Source: Armatimonadota bacterium (GTDB lineage Bacteria > Vulcanimicrobiota > JACPDS01 > JBDRKI01). From it: a stretch of DNA of 64,000 nucleotides. The position numbers and the translations under genes are program-made. The DNA lies in NCBI GenBank assembly GCA_043814095.1, contig JBDRKI010000037.1:28032-92031 (forward strand), given 5' to 3'. Shown piece after piece: positions 1-11,016 of this stretch (its first letter is position 1; the number at the start of each line of letters is the position of its first letter). A model generated the notes under the pieces. The model was not told where the DNA came from, did not search any database, and was given only the letters and a program-made list of their open reading frames with translations.

Positions 1-438
1 GCGGTAAACAGGGTTAATCTCGTTATACCTGTTAATGCCTCTCTCGGTAATGCCGTGATTCAATCATTTGTATATCCTGCAGAGAGAATGAGCAATAACA
101 GAGCAACTTCTAATATTACGATAGCCAAATTTAATCCCAGCTTAAGATTTGTAAGACCTCCTTCCAATACAAATGTAAGGCGCGGGCATGAATTTAATGT
201 CAGTGTGGCAATGGACCGTCAGGCTATCGGTATTTCTACCAGATTGCAGGTCAGGATAGAACAAAATAACAGAGTAATTGTCAGTGTTAACATAGATAAT
301 CCTCAAGTATCAAATGATGTTGTGCTCCAGGTGCCGGCTAATGCCGCGCCTGGAAATGTTACATTGAAAGCAGAGCTATATCCTGCCGCGAACTTTGAAG
401 GGAACACCGTTACCAGGCCTATAACTATTGTCAGATAG
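1..438 (+). CDS. Ig-like repeat protein, 5' partial (frame open from window start)
   Basis: Frame 1 open from base 1 to TAG at 436-438; beta-rich ~105-aa unit similar to the repeats of 31083..32102. Confidence 0.75.
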   Translation, partial: AVNRVNLVIPVNASLGNAVIQSFVYPAERMSNNRATSNITIAKFNPSLRFVRPPSNTNVRRGHEFNVSVAMDRQAIGISTRLQVRIEQNNRVIVSVNIDNPQVSNDVVLQVPANAAPGNVTLKAELYPAANFEGNTVTRPITIVR

Positions 439-476
439 GGTTTTGGTCCTGAAGTTAAAATAGAAAGTATAAGATA

Positions 477-512
477 AAGCAGGGACTGTGCATATATGAA
501 CAGTCCCTGCTT
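477..512. terminator. Bidirectional intrinsic terminator
   Basis: AAGCAGGGACTGT...ACAGTCCCTGCTT hairpin between convergent genes. Confidence 0.75.
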
Positions 513-567
513 ATTTTCTTAATTAAAATCTTTCTTTCTTTCTTTCTTTCTCTTGTTTTTTTATTAT

Positions 568-1956
568 TTACGCTTTTACTTTTTTACCAGCAGGTGCAAG
601 GTGAGCAGTAAAATGCCTTAAAAAAGGCGCATGGTAGGTTACGGCATATCCCTTTAATTTATCTTTATTCTTTAATACTTCTTCTGTAACTTCTATAAGG
701 TAATCAACATGGCTCTGGGTATATACTCTTCTGGGGAATGCAAGCCTTACAAGCTCCATGTGTGATGGTATAAGTTTTTCTTCTTTATCGTATTTACCGA
801 ACATTAAAGAACCGATCTCAACCGCGCGCACTCCGCCTTCTATATATAATGCGTTGCAGAGCGCTATGCCAGGGTATTCATGGGGAGGTATATGGGGAAG
901 CATCTCTTTTGCGTCAATATAAACGGCATGACCTCCCACCGGCCTTATAATCGGGATGCCTGCTTTTAATATTTTTTCGCCGAAATATTCAACTGATCTT
1001 ATGCGGTATCTCATGTAATCTTCTTCAAGAACTTCTTTTAAGCCAACTGCCATTGCGGCGAGATCGCGTCCTGCAAGGCCGCCGTAGGTGGGGAACCCTT
1101 CTGTAAGTATAAGGAGGTTTCTGCATTCCATGGCGAGAGTATCATCATTTACCGCAAGAAATCCTCCTATATTTACAAGGGCGTCTTTTTTGGCGCTCAT
1201 TGTGCATCCGTCGGCATAAGAGAACATCTCTTGGGCTATCTCAAGAAGACTCTTATTCTCATAACCCTTTCCCCTTTTCTTAATGAAATAGGCATTTTCG
1301 GCAAACCTGCATGCATCTATATAGAAGGGGATAGAGTGTGATTTTGCTATATGCGAAACCTCTTTTATATTCTCCATTGATACCGGCTGGCCGCCTCCGG
1401 AATTATTAGTGACTGTTATCATAATGGCGGGTATATTTTCCCTGCCTTTCTCTTTTATAAATACTTCCAGTTTTTTAGTATCCATATTGCCCTTAAACGG
1501 ATGTTCAAGGGAAGGTATTTTTCCTTCGTCAATCACTAAATCAACAGCTTCGGCACCGGTATATTCCACATTGGCTCTTGTTGTGTCAAAATGGGTATTA
1601 TTGGGTATGGCTTTTCCTTTGCCGCCGATTATGGAAAAAAGTATCTTCTCTGCCGATCTTCCCTGATGGGTAGGTATTATATTTTTAAAGCCGGTAATAT
1701 CTTTAACCGCGCTTTCAAATTCATAGAAAGATTCACCCCCCGCGTAGGATTCGTCGCCCTTCATTATTGCGGCCCACTGGTTAGCGCTCATGGCGCTTGT
1801 TCCGCTGTCCGTTAAAAGATCAATCATTACATCACGAGCTTTTATCATAAAGACATTGTAACGGGCTTCCTCCAGAATCTTCTCCCTCTGTTCGCGGGTG
1901 GTCATTTGAATGGGCTCTACGGTTTTAATTTTAAAGGGTTCAATAATTGTTTTCAT
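568..1956 (-). CDS. tnaA: Tryptophanase (PLP beta-eliminating lyase)
   Basis: IDLLTDSGT, SAKKD PLP-lysine, EGFPTYGGL; VEIGS and LRHFTA are tryptophanase-type rather than tyrosine phenol-lyase-type. Confidence 0.88.
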   Translation of the reverse strand: MKTIIEPFKIKTVEPIQMTTREQREKILEEARYNVFMIKARDVMIDLLTDSGTSAMSANQWAAIMKGDESYAGGESFYEFESAVKDITGFKNIIPTHQGRSAEKILFSIIGGKGKAIPNNTHFDTTRANVEYTGAEAVDLVIDEGKIPSLEHPFKGNMDTKKLEVFIKEKGRENIPAIMITVTNNSGGGQPVSMENIKEVSHIAKSHSIPFYIDACRFAENAYFIKKRGKGYENKSLLEIAQEMFSYADGCTMSAKKDALVNIGGFLAVNDDTLAMECRNLLILTEGFPTYGGLAGRDLAAMAVGLKEVLEEDYMRYRIRSVEYFGEKILKAGIPIIRPVGGHAVYIDAKEMLPHIPPHEYPGIALCNALYIEGGVRAVEIGSLMFGKYDKEEKLIPSHMELVRLAFPRRVYTQSHVDYLIEVTEEVLKNKDKLKGYAVTYHAPFLRHFTAHLAPAGKKVKA

Positions 1957-2108
1957 AATTTAAGCTCCTTAAATTAAATATAGGTTTATTGACAGGTGTC
2001 TGGTTTTAATTAAATAGAAGGCTTTGTTTTTCCTGCAACAAAAGGTATTTATATTAAAACAGCAAAATATTATATAAAGTTTTATCCTGAAAATAAGGAT
2101 GTTTTTAA

Positions 2109-2945
2109 TTGAATAGAAAGTTTCACATATTATTAATAGTTATTTCATTTATTATCCTTTTCCTTATTCTTCCGGTATATACTGCTGATATTATTGAAGA
2201 AGCCGAATCATGGGAGAAAGGGCGTTATGAGGATATTTATAAACAGAGAGATGTTCCAGTATATAAATACAAAGTAATTAAACAATATAACCATAACGAA
2301 TCATATTTTACAGAAGGATTTGTATTTGATAAAGGTATATTATATGAAAGCACCGGGTTATGGAATAAATCAAAACTTGTTAAATATAATATTATAACCG
2401 GCAAAGTTATAAAAGAAAGTAAGCTTAGGCCTAAATATTTTGGTGAAGGCATTACTGTTATAGGGGATGATATATTCCAGATTACTTACCGGTCTAATAC
2501 GGGATTTGTATATGATAAGAACACATTTAAATTAAAGAAAACATTCAGCTACCCGTCTGAAGGATGGGGGCTTACAACAGACGGCAAGAGCCTTATTATG
2601 AGCAACGGTTCATCATCCCTTATCTTTCTTGATCCGGTAACTTTTAAGGTTAAAAAATATGTAAAAGTTTTAGATAAAACAGGCCAGGTAGGCAACTTAA
2701 ATGAACTTGAATATATTAAAGGTAATATTTACGCTAATATCTGGCATACAGACCTTATTGCTATAATATCTCCAGATACGGGCGCTGTAACGGGATGGAT
2801 AGATCTTACAGGCATAAATCCCGATAAGGACAAGACAGATGACTCTTTTGTTCTTAACGGCATAGCATATAATCATAAAACGGGACATATCTTAATAACC
2901 GGTAAATGCTGGCCAAAAATCTATGAAATAGAGCTTATCAGGTAA
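2109..2945 (+). CDS. Glutaminyl-peptide cyclotransferase (plant/bacterial-type glutamine cyclotransferase)
   Basis: FTEG, LYESTG, YFGEG, EGWGLT, LNELE, VLNGIA motifs; N-terminal signal/anchor. Confidence 0.9.
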   Translation: MNRKFHILLIVISFIILFLILPVYTADIIEEAESWEKGRYEDIYKQRDVPVYKYKVIKQYNHNESYFTEGFVFDKGILYESTGLWNKSKLVKYNIITGKVIKESKLRPKYFGEGITVIGDDIFQITYRSNTGFVYDKNTFKLKKTFSYPSEGWGLTTDGKSLIMSNGSSSLIFLDPVTFKVKKYVKVLDKTGQVGNLNELEYIKGNIYANIWHTDLIAIISPDTGAVTGWIDLTGINPDKDKTDDSFVLNGIAYNHKTGHILITGKCWPKIYEIELIR

Positions 2946-2965
2946 AAATACTTCTTTTATCAACA

Positions 2966-2992
2966 AAAAATACTCCTTTTGACCTATATTAT
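2966..2992 (+). promoter_or_regulatory. 27-bp upstream element shared with 19275..19301
   Basis: AAAAATACTCC-tttt-GACCTATATTAT, 17 nt before TAAAAT (3010-3015). Confidence 0.55.
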
Positions 2993-3062
2993 ATATCATC
3001 ATTCCGCCTTAAAATTAAATTAGGAGATAAATATCCTATTTACATTAAAGCGGAGTTGATTT

Positions 3063-4133
3063 ATGGGAAACGGCCAGATAAGCGGTATAGGCAGCGTAGG
3101 AAATGTAGCCAATATGTATAATATTTTTAAGCCTCCTGTCAGCTTGGGTTCCGGCGGCACAGCGGCAATGAAGAGTTATGTTTCATCAGGTACTGTAGAT
3201 ACTTCAACTATAAGTCAAGAGGGACAAAAATATTTGAGGGCATTTAAAGAAGTAAGGAGTAATATTATAGAAATAGGCCGGCCTTTTAAAGAGGCTGCGA
3301 AAACGGCCGGCAATGATCTTAAAAAAGATGTTAACAGTTCATACCTGAAAACAATTAATGAATGGCTGAAAAGGAATTTTAACGGCGCTACTCTTAATAA
3401 ATTAAAAGATTTGAGTACTGAAAGCCTGCAGAAAATAAATAATGCGCTGAGGACTAAAGCGGGAGGACTGGGAAGAATGCTGACCGATCCCCTGGTAAGA
3501 GTGAAAAATGCCGTATCATCGGAAAAGTCAATATGGAAAATAGCAGGTCATATAAGAAAAATAGCGGCAGAACTTAAGATGCCGAAGAGTGAAGTCTGGA
3601 AGCTTGTAAGGAGTAATATAGGCAAGGTCGACAGCCGGGCCTGTACAAACAGCCAGAATTATAATTTATCCGTAATTAGCAATGTATTGAGAAATACGGG
3701 CGGAAAAATTACAGGCGGAACTCTTAGGGCTCTTTCCAGAATAGATTTGAATTCACTCCAGAATTTTGAAAAAGCTTTTCTGGAAGGCGTAAAAACTCAA
3801 ACTCTAACTGTTCAGCAGGCAGGCCGTAATATTTCTTCAACCGTAATGAATTTAGGTGGAAAAGAAATTGCTATTCCGGCGATGAGCGCTTTAGTGCAGG
3901 CTCTTCACGCTTCTGCGGGCGCTTCGGCAGGGGCTACTGCCGCAGGAGTTACGGTTGCCGCGGTAGGCGGATGGTACATCGGCCGGGGTATAGGCAATAT
4001 ACCCATAGGAAACGGCAGGAAAGTGGATAATGCAATAGAGGACTTTCTGAAAAAGCATAAAATAGATGGTGTTTCATATCATGATACTCAGTGGGGAGAT
4101 TCAGCGAAAAAATACATTAAAGACAATAAATAA
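3063..4133 (+). CDS. Orphan basic helical protein with C-terminal Gly/Ala-rich hydrophobic segment
   Basis: 356-aa ORF with GCGGAG RBS; no recognisable family. Confidence 0.8.
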   Translation: MGNGQISGIGSVGNVANMYNIFKPPVSLGSGGTAAMKSYVSSGTVDTSTISQEGQKYLRAFKEVRSNIIEIGRPFKEAAKTAGNDLKKDVNSSYLKTINEWLKRNFNGATLNKLKDLSTESLQKINNALRTKAGGLGRMLTDPLVRVKNAVSSEKSIWKIAGHIRKIAAELKMPKSEVWKLVRSNIGKVDSRACTNSQNYNLSVISNVLRNTGGKITGGTLRALSRIDLNSLQNFEKAFLEGVKTQTLTVQQAGRNISSTVMNLGGKEIAIPAMSALVQALHASAGASAGATAAGVTVAAVGGWYIGRGIGNIPIGNGRKVDNAIEDFLKKHKIDGVSYHDTQWGDSAKKYIKDNK

Positions 4134-4244
4134 AATACAAAAATAAAAAAACAAACCTTTAAGTTTAAAGAAGCAGGTAAATTTACCCGCTTCTTTAATT
4201 ATTATAAGGGAATATATTAAAAAAACTGTTAGATAAGGTGATTT

Positions 4245-4613
4245 ATGGACAGAAAAGAATTTGAAGAAACAGTTATAGAAGCTCTGGATGAGCTGCCTGA
4301 TTTTTTTAAGAAGAAGATAGAGAACCTCTCTGTTGTTGTGGAAGACGAGCCGACACCCGAACAGCTTGATCAGGTTCATGTTTCGGGCAGGGATGTACTC
4401 TTAGGTCTTTATCAGGGTATCCCGCTTGCGGAGAGAACGCATTTCTACGGGTCCGTAATGCCCGATAAGATTACAATATTTAAAAAGAGTATAGAGAGAG
4501 TTTACAGGACCAGGGATGAGGTAAAAAAAGCGGTTATACATACCGTACAGCATGAGCTTGCGCATCATTTCGGTATAACCGATGAAGAGCTTAAAAAATG
4601 GGGGAAGTATTAA
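4245..4613 (+). CDS. Zincin-like minimal metallopeptidase (DUF1025/Zincin_1)
   Basis: LLGLYQGIPL, PDKITIF, HELAHHFG. Confidence 0.9.
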   Translation: MDRKEFEETVIEALDELPDFFKKKIENLSVVVEDEPTPEQLDQVHVSGRDVLLGLYQGIPLAERTHFYGSVMPDKITIFKKSIERVYRTRDEVKKAVIHTVQHELAHHFGITDEELKKWGKY

Positions 4614-4619
4614 TATAAA

Positions 4620-4645
4620 AGGAAATTTTTTAAGAAAATAGAATC
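4620..4645 (+). promoter_or_regulatory. Sigma-H-type promoter
   Basis: AGGAAATT (4620) ... GAATC (4641). Confidence 0.55.
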
Positions 4646-4654
4646 TTTTATAGT

Positions 4655-6490
4655 ATGTACAAATCTTATAATTTATTTGCTTTATACTATGAGATGTTTT
4701 ATAAAAAGAAACTTATGAAAAATTTCCATAAGTTTTTGTTAATAATTTTCTTATTTGTATTTATTGTAAGTATCGGTGGGTGTTCAGGTCCCGGTATGTT
4801 CGAGTCTGATTCTACTTCACAAAGCGGCAAAACCGCTACCGGTACTGCGGCATTTAAAATCAACTGGCCGCAGCAAAGTAAATCTAAATTTATCTCCTCT
4901 GCAACTACATCGTTTTACATAAGCATAAGAGGGGAGGGGCTCGATCCGGCTTATACCACAACAGTTAATTACGGTTCATCCTCGGTAAGGATTTCCGATC
5001 TTCCTGCCGGTATTAAGAGAGCTGAAATTTCCGCACTAGATACTTTAGGTAACATCTTATCTGCCGGTATAGCATCATTTACGATTGAAGCTGAGAAAAC
5101 TGTGAATGTTAGTCTTAGCTTAGGAGTTATAATATCAAGCACCGGCTTCAGCCCTTCCAATATAACGGTTGATTCAGGAACTACTCTCTTCTTTTATAAT
5201 TCTGATAACAGGACTCACCAGCTGGCAGGGGCCTCCGTTTTTAATAATGCGGTTATTGAACCTGGTTCTTCAAGGTCATTTTTATTTACTGCAGGCAGCA
5301 GCTGTACCTATTATCTTGACAGCGTAAATTCCGGCATCTCCGGTACGGTTATCGTTGGTACTCCTTCTGTAACGGATATAGATCCTTTGAGCGGTTCATC
5401 AGGCGAGACGGTAACCATAACAGGTAGCGGTTTCGGTTCTTCTCAAGGCACATCAAGTGTATCTTTTAACGGTACCGATGCAACTTCGGTAACGAGCTGG
5501 TCAGATACCCGGATTGTATGTGAGATTCCTCCGGGTGCTTCTACAGGAAATGTTTCGGTTACTGTTAATTCCGTATCTTCAAGCGGGTATGCCTTTACCG
5601 TATTTTACAGGGCATATGTGCTTAACGGTGATTCCAATACAATATCAATTATTAGAACTTCTGATCATACAGCAATAGGTACTATAGGCGGGTTCAGCGC
5701 TCCAGATAATGCATCTATCGCAGTTACCTCTAACGGAAGTTTTATATATGTAACAAATTCTGACGCGAATACAGTATCAGTTATAAGAAGGTCTGATTAC
5801 GGGCTTGCCGCTACAATAGATGTAGGATCTAACCCTAACGGTATTTCAATTAATCCGGACAGCAGCTTGGTATATGTTGTAAACCGTGATTCCGGCAATG
5901 TATCTGTTATAAGGACGTCTGATAATACAGTTACGGCAACTATAGCGGTAGGGGTTAATCCTAACGGTGTTTGTTTTACCCCTGACGGCAGTTTCGCGTA
6001 TGTGACAAATTCCGGATCAAACAACGTGTCCGTTATAAATGTATCAAATAATACGGTATCAGAAACAGTTAATGTGGGGACAGAACCGATAAATCCCGCT
6101 ATTACTCCCAACGGTAATTTTGTATATGTTACAAACGGCACGTCAAATAATGTATCTGTTATAAGGACGTCCGATAATACAGTTACGGCAACTATAGCGG
6201 TAGGGGTAAGGCCTTTCGGTCTGACGGTTACCCCTGACGGCTCTGGTGTATATGTGGGAAATGCCACATCAAGCAACATGTCTGTTATAAGGACGTCCGA
6301 TAATACGGTAATAGCGACCATAGGCATAGGGTTATGGGCAAACGGCGTTGCCGTTACCCCTGACGGGAGTTTTGTGTATGCAGCGAACAACGGTTCAAAC
6401 AATGTATCGGTTGTAAGGACATCGGATAATACCGTTGTTTCGACCGTTTCTGTCGGGAGTGGACCTGCCGGTGTGGCAATTGCGAGATAA
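4655..6490 (+). CDS. Lipoprotein: Ig-like + degenerate cupredoxin-like + IPT/TIG + YVTN (YncE-like) beta-propeller; start may be 4715
   Basis: Lipobox-like IGGC, TITGSGFG IPT motif, ~42-aa YVTN repeats. Confidence 0.85.
   Translation: MYKSYNLFALYYEMFYKKKLMKNFHKFLLIIFLFVFIVSIGGCSGPGMFESDSTSQSGKTATGTAAFKINWPQQSKSKFISSATTSFYISIRGEGLDPAYTTTVNYGSSSVRISDLPAGIKRAEISALDTLGNILSAGIASFTIEAEKTVNVSLSLGVIISSTGFSPSNITVDSGTTLFFYNSDNRTHQLAGASVFNNAVIEPGSSRSFLFTAGSSCTYYLDSVNSGISGTVIVGTPSVTDIDPLSGSSGETVTITGSGFGSSQGTSSVSFNGTDATSVTSWSDTRIVCEIPPGASTGNVSVTVNSVSSSGYAFTVFYRAYVLNGDSNTISIIRTSDHTAIGTIGGFSAPDNASIAVTSNGSFIYVTNSDANTVSVIRRSDYGLAATIDVGSNPNGISINPDSSLVYVVNRDSGNVSVIRTSDNTVTATIAVGVNPNGVCFTPDGSFAYVTNSGSNNVSVINVSNNTVSETVNVGTEPINPAITPNGNFVYVTNGTSNNVSVIRTSDNTVTATIAVGVRPFGLTVTPDGSGVYVGNATSSNMSVIRTSDNTVIATIGIGLWANGVAVTPDGSFVYAANNGSNNVSVVRTSDNTVVSTVSVGSGPAGVAIAR
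5897..6207 (+). repeat. Near-identical ~59-bp intragenic direct repeats of YVTN blades, 252 bp apart
   Basis: AATGTATCTGTTATAAGGACGTCYGATAATACAGTTACGGCAACTATAGCGGTAGGGGT at 5897 and 6149. Confidence 0.8.
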
Positions 6491-6545
6491 ATAAATGTGT
6501 GGAATTTTTTTATAAAAATATTTATATAAATAAAAAGGAGGATTT

Positions 6546-7310
6546 ATGAAAAAATCATTATTTACAAGGCTTCTTATTTTAATTGTTATGACGGGATTCT
6601 TTTTTGGTTCTATGCCGGTATTTGCTCAGGATGTCCCGGCAGATAAAAAAGAGGCCATACTGGAACTGCTGCGCATAACAGAAATCAATAGTCAGATAAA
6701 ACAAACAATGGATGAAATGTTTGGAATTATTGAGGATAATTATTCAGAATTTGATGCTTGTAAAGAATTTATAAATGAATTTAAAAGTAAATATGATATA
6801 AATGAAGTCATTGAGCTTCTGGTGCCTATTTACAGCAAATATTACACATATGAAGATATAAAAGAGATGATCAAGTTTTACAAATCACCTATCGGTCAGA
6901 AAATGATATCCGCAGCGCCCGGCATAGATTCGGAAGCAATAAAAGCAGGCGCGGAATACGCCGATAAGGTAATGAAAGAAACAGAGAGTTATAAAAAAAT
7001 AGTGAGTGAAGCAGAACTTACAGCGTGCAAATGTAATATCAAGAATACCGCAACAGCGCTTGAGATGTATGCTTGTGATCATGAAGGGAAATATGCGCCT
7101 GATCTTAAAAGCTTAATTCCCGAATATCTTAAGGAGCTTCCTGTCTGCCCTGTTAGCGGAAACGGATATGTTTTTGAGCTTTCTGAAAACGGCGAAAATT
7201 ATATATTATACTGCCCCGGAGAACAGCATAAAGATCTGAACATTACCGGTCCCGCATGGAGCAGCAAAACAGGGCTTGTGGATAATGTTGAAGATGCAAA
7301 AGGGAAATAA
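6546..7310 (+). CDS. Secreted DUF2059-like protein with C-terminal GspG/pilin-like Cys-rich module
   Basis: Signal peptide (VFA-QD); IYSKYYTYEDIKEMIKFYKSPIGQK; CKCNIKNTATALEMY. Confidence 0.75.
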   Translation: MKKSLFTRLLILIVMTGFFFGSMPVFAQDVPADKKEAILELLRITEINSQIKQTMDEMFGIIEDNYSEFDACKEFINEFKSKYDINEVIELLVPIYSKYYTYEDIKEMIKFYKSPIGQKMISAAPGIDSEAIKAGAEYADKVMKETESYKKIVSEAELTACKCNIKNTATALEMYACDHEGKYAPDLKSLIPEYLKELPVCPVSGNGYVFELSENGENYILYCPGEQHKDLNITGPAWSSKTGLVDNVEDAKGK

Positions 7311-7312
7311 TC

Positions 7313-8212
7313 ATGAGAATTTTTAAACAAATTTTAATTTTTATGTGCTTTTTGTTTTTTTTTACGGGGCTTATCTATGCTCAAACAGCGCAGGAATATT
7401 ATAATAAGGGCTTAGAATACGGCATTGCAGGGAAATTCGGTGAGGCAAAGATTGAATTTGAGAAGGCTTTAAAACTGGAACCTTATTATGAAGATGCCGG
7501 TTTGTGTGCGGAAATTATTGAACTTACCGGTACCGGCAAAATAAAAAAAGAAACAGTTGTTCATGTTTTTAAGGCTCTTAAGTATGAAGAAGATTCAAAA
7601 TTTGATGAAGCTGTAATTTCCTATAGGGAAGCTTTAAAGTTTGACCAGTATCCTTTTATTTATAATAATCTGGGAAAGGTTTACGGGGATAAGGGCATCC
7701 TTGATAAAGCAAAGATTGAGTTTGAAAAGGCGGTTGAAATTGATCCGGGCTTTGCCAGAGGATACAATAATCTGGGGATTATTTATGCCAGAGAAGGAGA
7801 TCTTGATACAGCCATAGGTTATTTTAAAAAATCGCTGGAGATCTCACCTTCGGCCCTGCCTCCTCTTTTTAATCTTGCAAGGGCTTATGCAAAAAAAGAT
7901 AATTTTGACGCAGCCGAACAGGTTTATAAAAAGATAATAGAGATTGATCCGGAAGACGCCGAAGCCCATTATTACCTGGGAGTGGTTTATATTAACAAAG
8001 AGATGGCTGATGAGGCCATTTCCGAGCTTAAAAAAGCGATAGAACTTTATCCTGATTACGCCGCGGCAAATAATGATATAGCGGTGGTATATTATTTTAA
8101 AGAGGATTATGAGCTGGCAATTAAATACTGCGACAGGGCGATAGAACTGGGATATGAACCTAATGAGAAATTTCTGGAAGCTCTTAAACCTTACAGAAAG
8201 CAAAAAGAATAA
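7313..8212 (+). CDS. Secreted tetratricopeptide repeat protein
   Basis: Signal peptide; multiple YNNLG...A..F..A...DP TPR repeats. Confidence 0.9.
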   Translation: MRIFKQILIFMCFLFFFTGLIYAQTAQEYYNKGLEYGIAGKFGEAKIEFEKALKLEPYYEDAGLCAEIIELTGTGKIKKETVVHVFKALKYEEDSKFDEAVISYREALKFDQYPFIYNNLGKVYGDKGILDKAKIEFEKAVEIDPGFARGYNNLGIIYAREGDLDTAIGYFKKSLEISPSALPPLFNLARAYAKKDNFDAAEQVYKKIIEIDPEDAEAHYYLGVVYINKEMADEAISELKKAIELYPDYAAANNDIAVVYYFKEDYELAIKYCDRAIELGYEPNEKFLEALKPYRKQKE

Positions 8213-9682
<1,470 letters not shown>

Positions 9683-9708
9683 TAATATAATGTTGGGGAG
9701 ATAATATT

Positions 9709-10374
9709 ATGGAATTAATAAACAGTAAAAATATTTATGATATAAGTGTTGTTCTGGGAGAAGAAGATGTTGTTTTCCCGGAAGATATGCCGTTCTCAAG
9801 GAAACTTAGGATTTCTCTTAAAGACGGTTCTTTCTGTGATCTTTCCGAACTATATATGACTTCCCACTGCGGGACCCATATAGATATGCCTTCTCATTTT
9901 ATTATAAACGGTTTGTCTCTGGATGATTATTCTGTTAAGGATTTTATTCTGCCGGCAAAGATTATTGAGATTAAAGATAAAGAATCGGTTAACCTGGCGG
10001 AGATAGAGAATGAAGATATTAAGGAAGGTCAGGCGGTTTTATTTAAAACCGCCAATTCCTTAACCGGCATATGCAGTAATGGCAAATTCAGTGAAGAATT
10101 TGTATATATAACACCTGAAGCGGCAGAGTTTTGCATAAATAAAAAGGTCAGCCTTATAGGTATTGATTATGCCACTGTTGACAAATACGGAGGATATGAT
10201 TTTCCCGTACACAAACTTCTTTTAAAAAACAATATACTTATTCTTGAAGATATAAATCTTAAAGAAGTACTTCCCGGGGAATATACTTTAATATGCCTGC
10301 CTTTAAAGATAATGGCAGGGGAGGCGTCCCCGGTAAGAGCCGTATTATTTTCTAATCAAGAGAAAAAAATATGA
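9709..10374 (+). CDS. Cyclase family metal hydrolase (kynurenine formamidase-like)
   Basis: HCGTHIDMPSH, GID, ASPVRA motifs. Confidence 0.88.
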   Translation: MELINSKNIYDISVVLGEEDVVFPEDMPFSRKLRISLKDGSFCDLSELYMTSHCGTHIDMPSHFIINGLSLDDYSVKDFILPAKIIEIKDKESVNLAEIENEDIKEGQAVLFKTANSLTGICSNGKFSEEFVYITPEAAEFCINKKVSLIGIDYATVDKYGGYDFPVHKLLLKNNILILEDINLKEVLPGEYTLICLPLKIMAGEASPVRAVLFSNQEKKI

Positions 10375-10997
10375 ATATTATGAAAAACTTATGGACTAAA
10401 AAAGAAGTTGATTTTTTTAAGAAGCTTAAAAACCCCGATGGAATACAAAAGCTTGTAAGCTCATTATCTTATAACACCGATCCCGTATGCAGGTCCCCGA
10501 GGTATGTTATAAAAACAAGGAAAGCCCATTGCTTTGACGGAGCTTTATTTGCCGCAGCGGCGTTGAGACAACAGGGATACAAATCTTTAATTATTGATTT
10601 AAGAGCGCATAATGATGATGACCATGTTATTGCTGTATTTAAAAAGAACGGTCACTGGGGGGCAATAGCAAAATCAAATTTTACCACCCTCCAGTACAGG
10701 GAACCTGTTTACAGGACTTTGCGGGAACTTGTGATGAGCTACTTTGATTTTTATTTTAACAGCATGGGCGAGAAGACGTTAAGGGAATATTCCGTACCTC
10801 TTGATCTTTCAAGATTTGATAAAAGTGACTGGATGAGAACAGAAGAAGATATAAGTTATATAGGGGATTATCTTGACGGTATAAAACATTATAAGATAGT
10901 AACGCCTTCAATGATAAGAAATCTCGCTAAAACAGATAAAAAGCTTCTTAAAGCGGGTCTTTTAGGGTCTGATCCCAGAGGGCTTTATAGGCCTTGA
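10371..10997 (+). CDS. Conserved hypothetical protein, transglutaminase-like
   Basis: AHCFDGALFAAAAL...DDDHVIAVF...WGAIAKSN pattern. Confidence 0.65.
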   Translation: MNIMKNLWTKKEVDFFKKLKNPDGIQKLVSSLSYNTDPVCRSPRYVIKTRKAHCFDGALFAAAALRQQGYKSLIIDLRAHNDDDHVIAVFKKNGHWGAIAKSNFTTLQYREPVYRTLRELVMSYFDFYFNSMGEKTLREYSVPLDLSRFDKSDWMRTEEDISYIGDYLDGIKHYKIVTPSMIRNLAKTDKKLLKAGLLGSDPRGLYRP

Positions 10998-11016
10998 TAA
11001 CACAGGAGGATGAAAA

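Noticed and set aside
529-552. (TCTT)n simple repeat
   Set aside because: Short low-complexity tract beside a terminator; no link to a coding frame or promoter
5700-6490. 126-bp-period repeats resembling a CRISPR array
   Set aside because: In-frame YVTN propeller coding repeats with degenerate third positions; no cas genes
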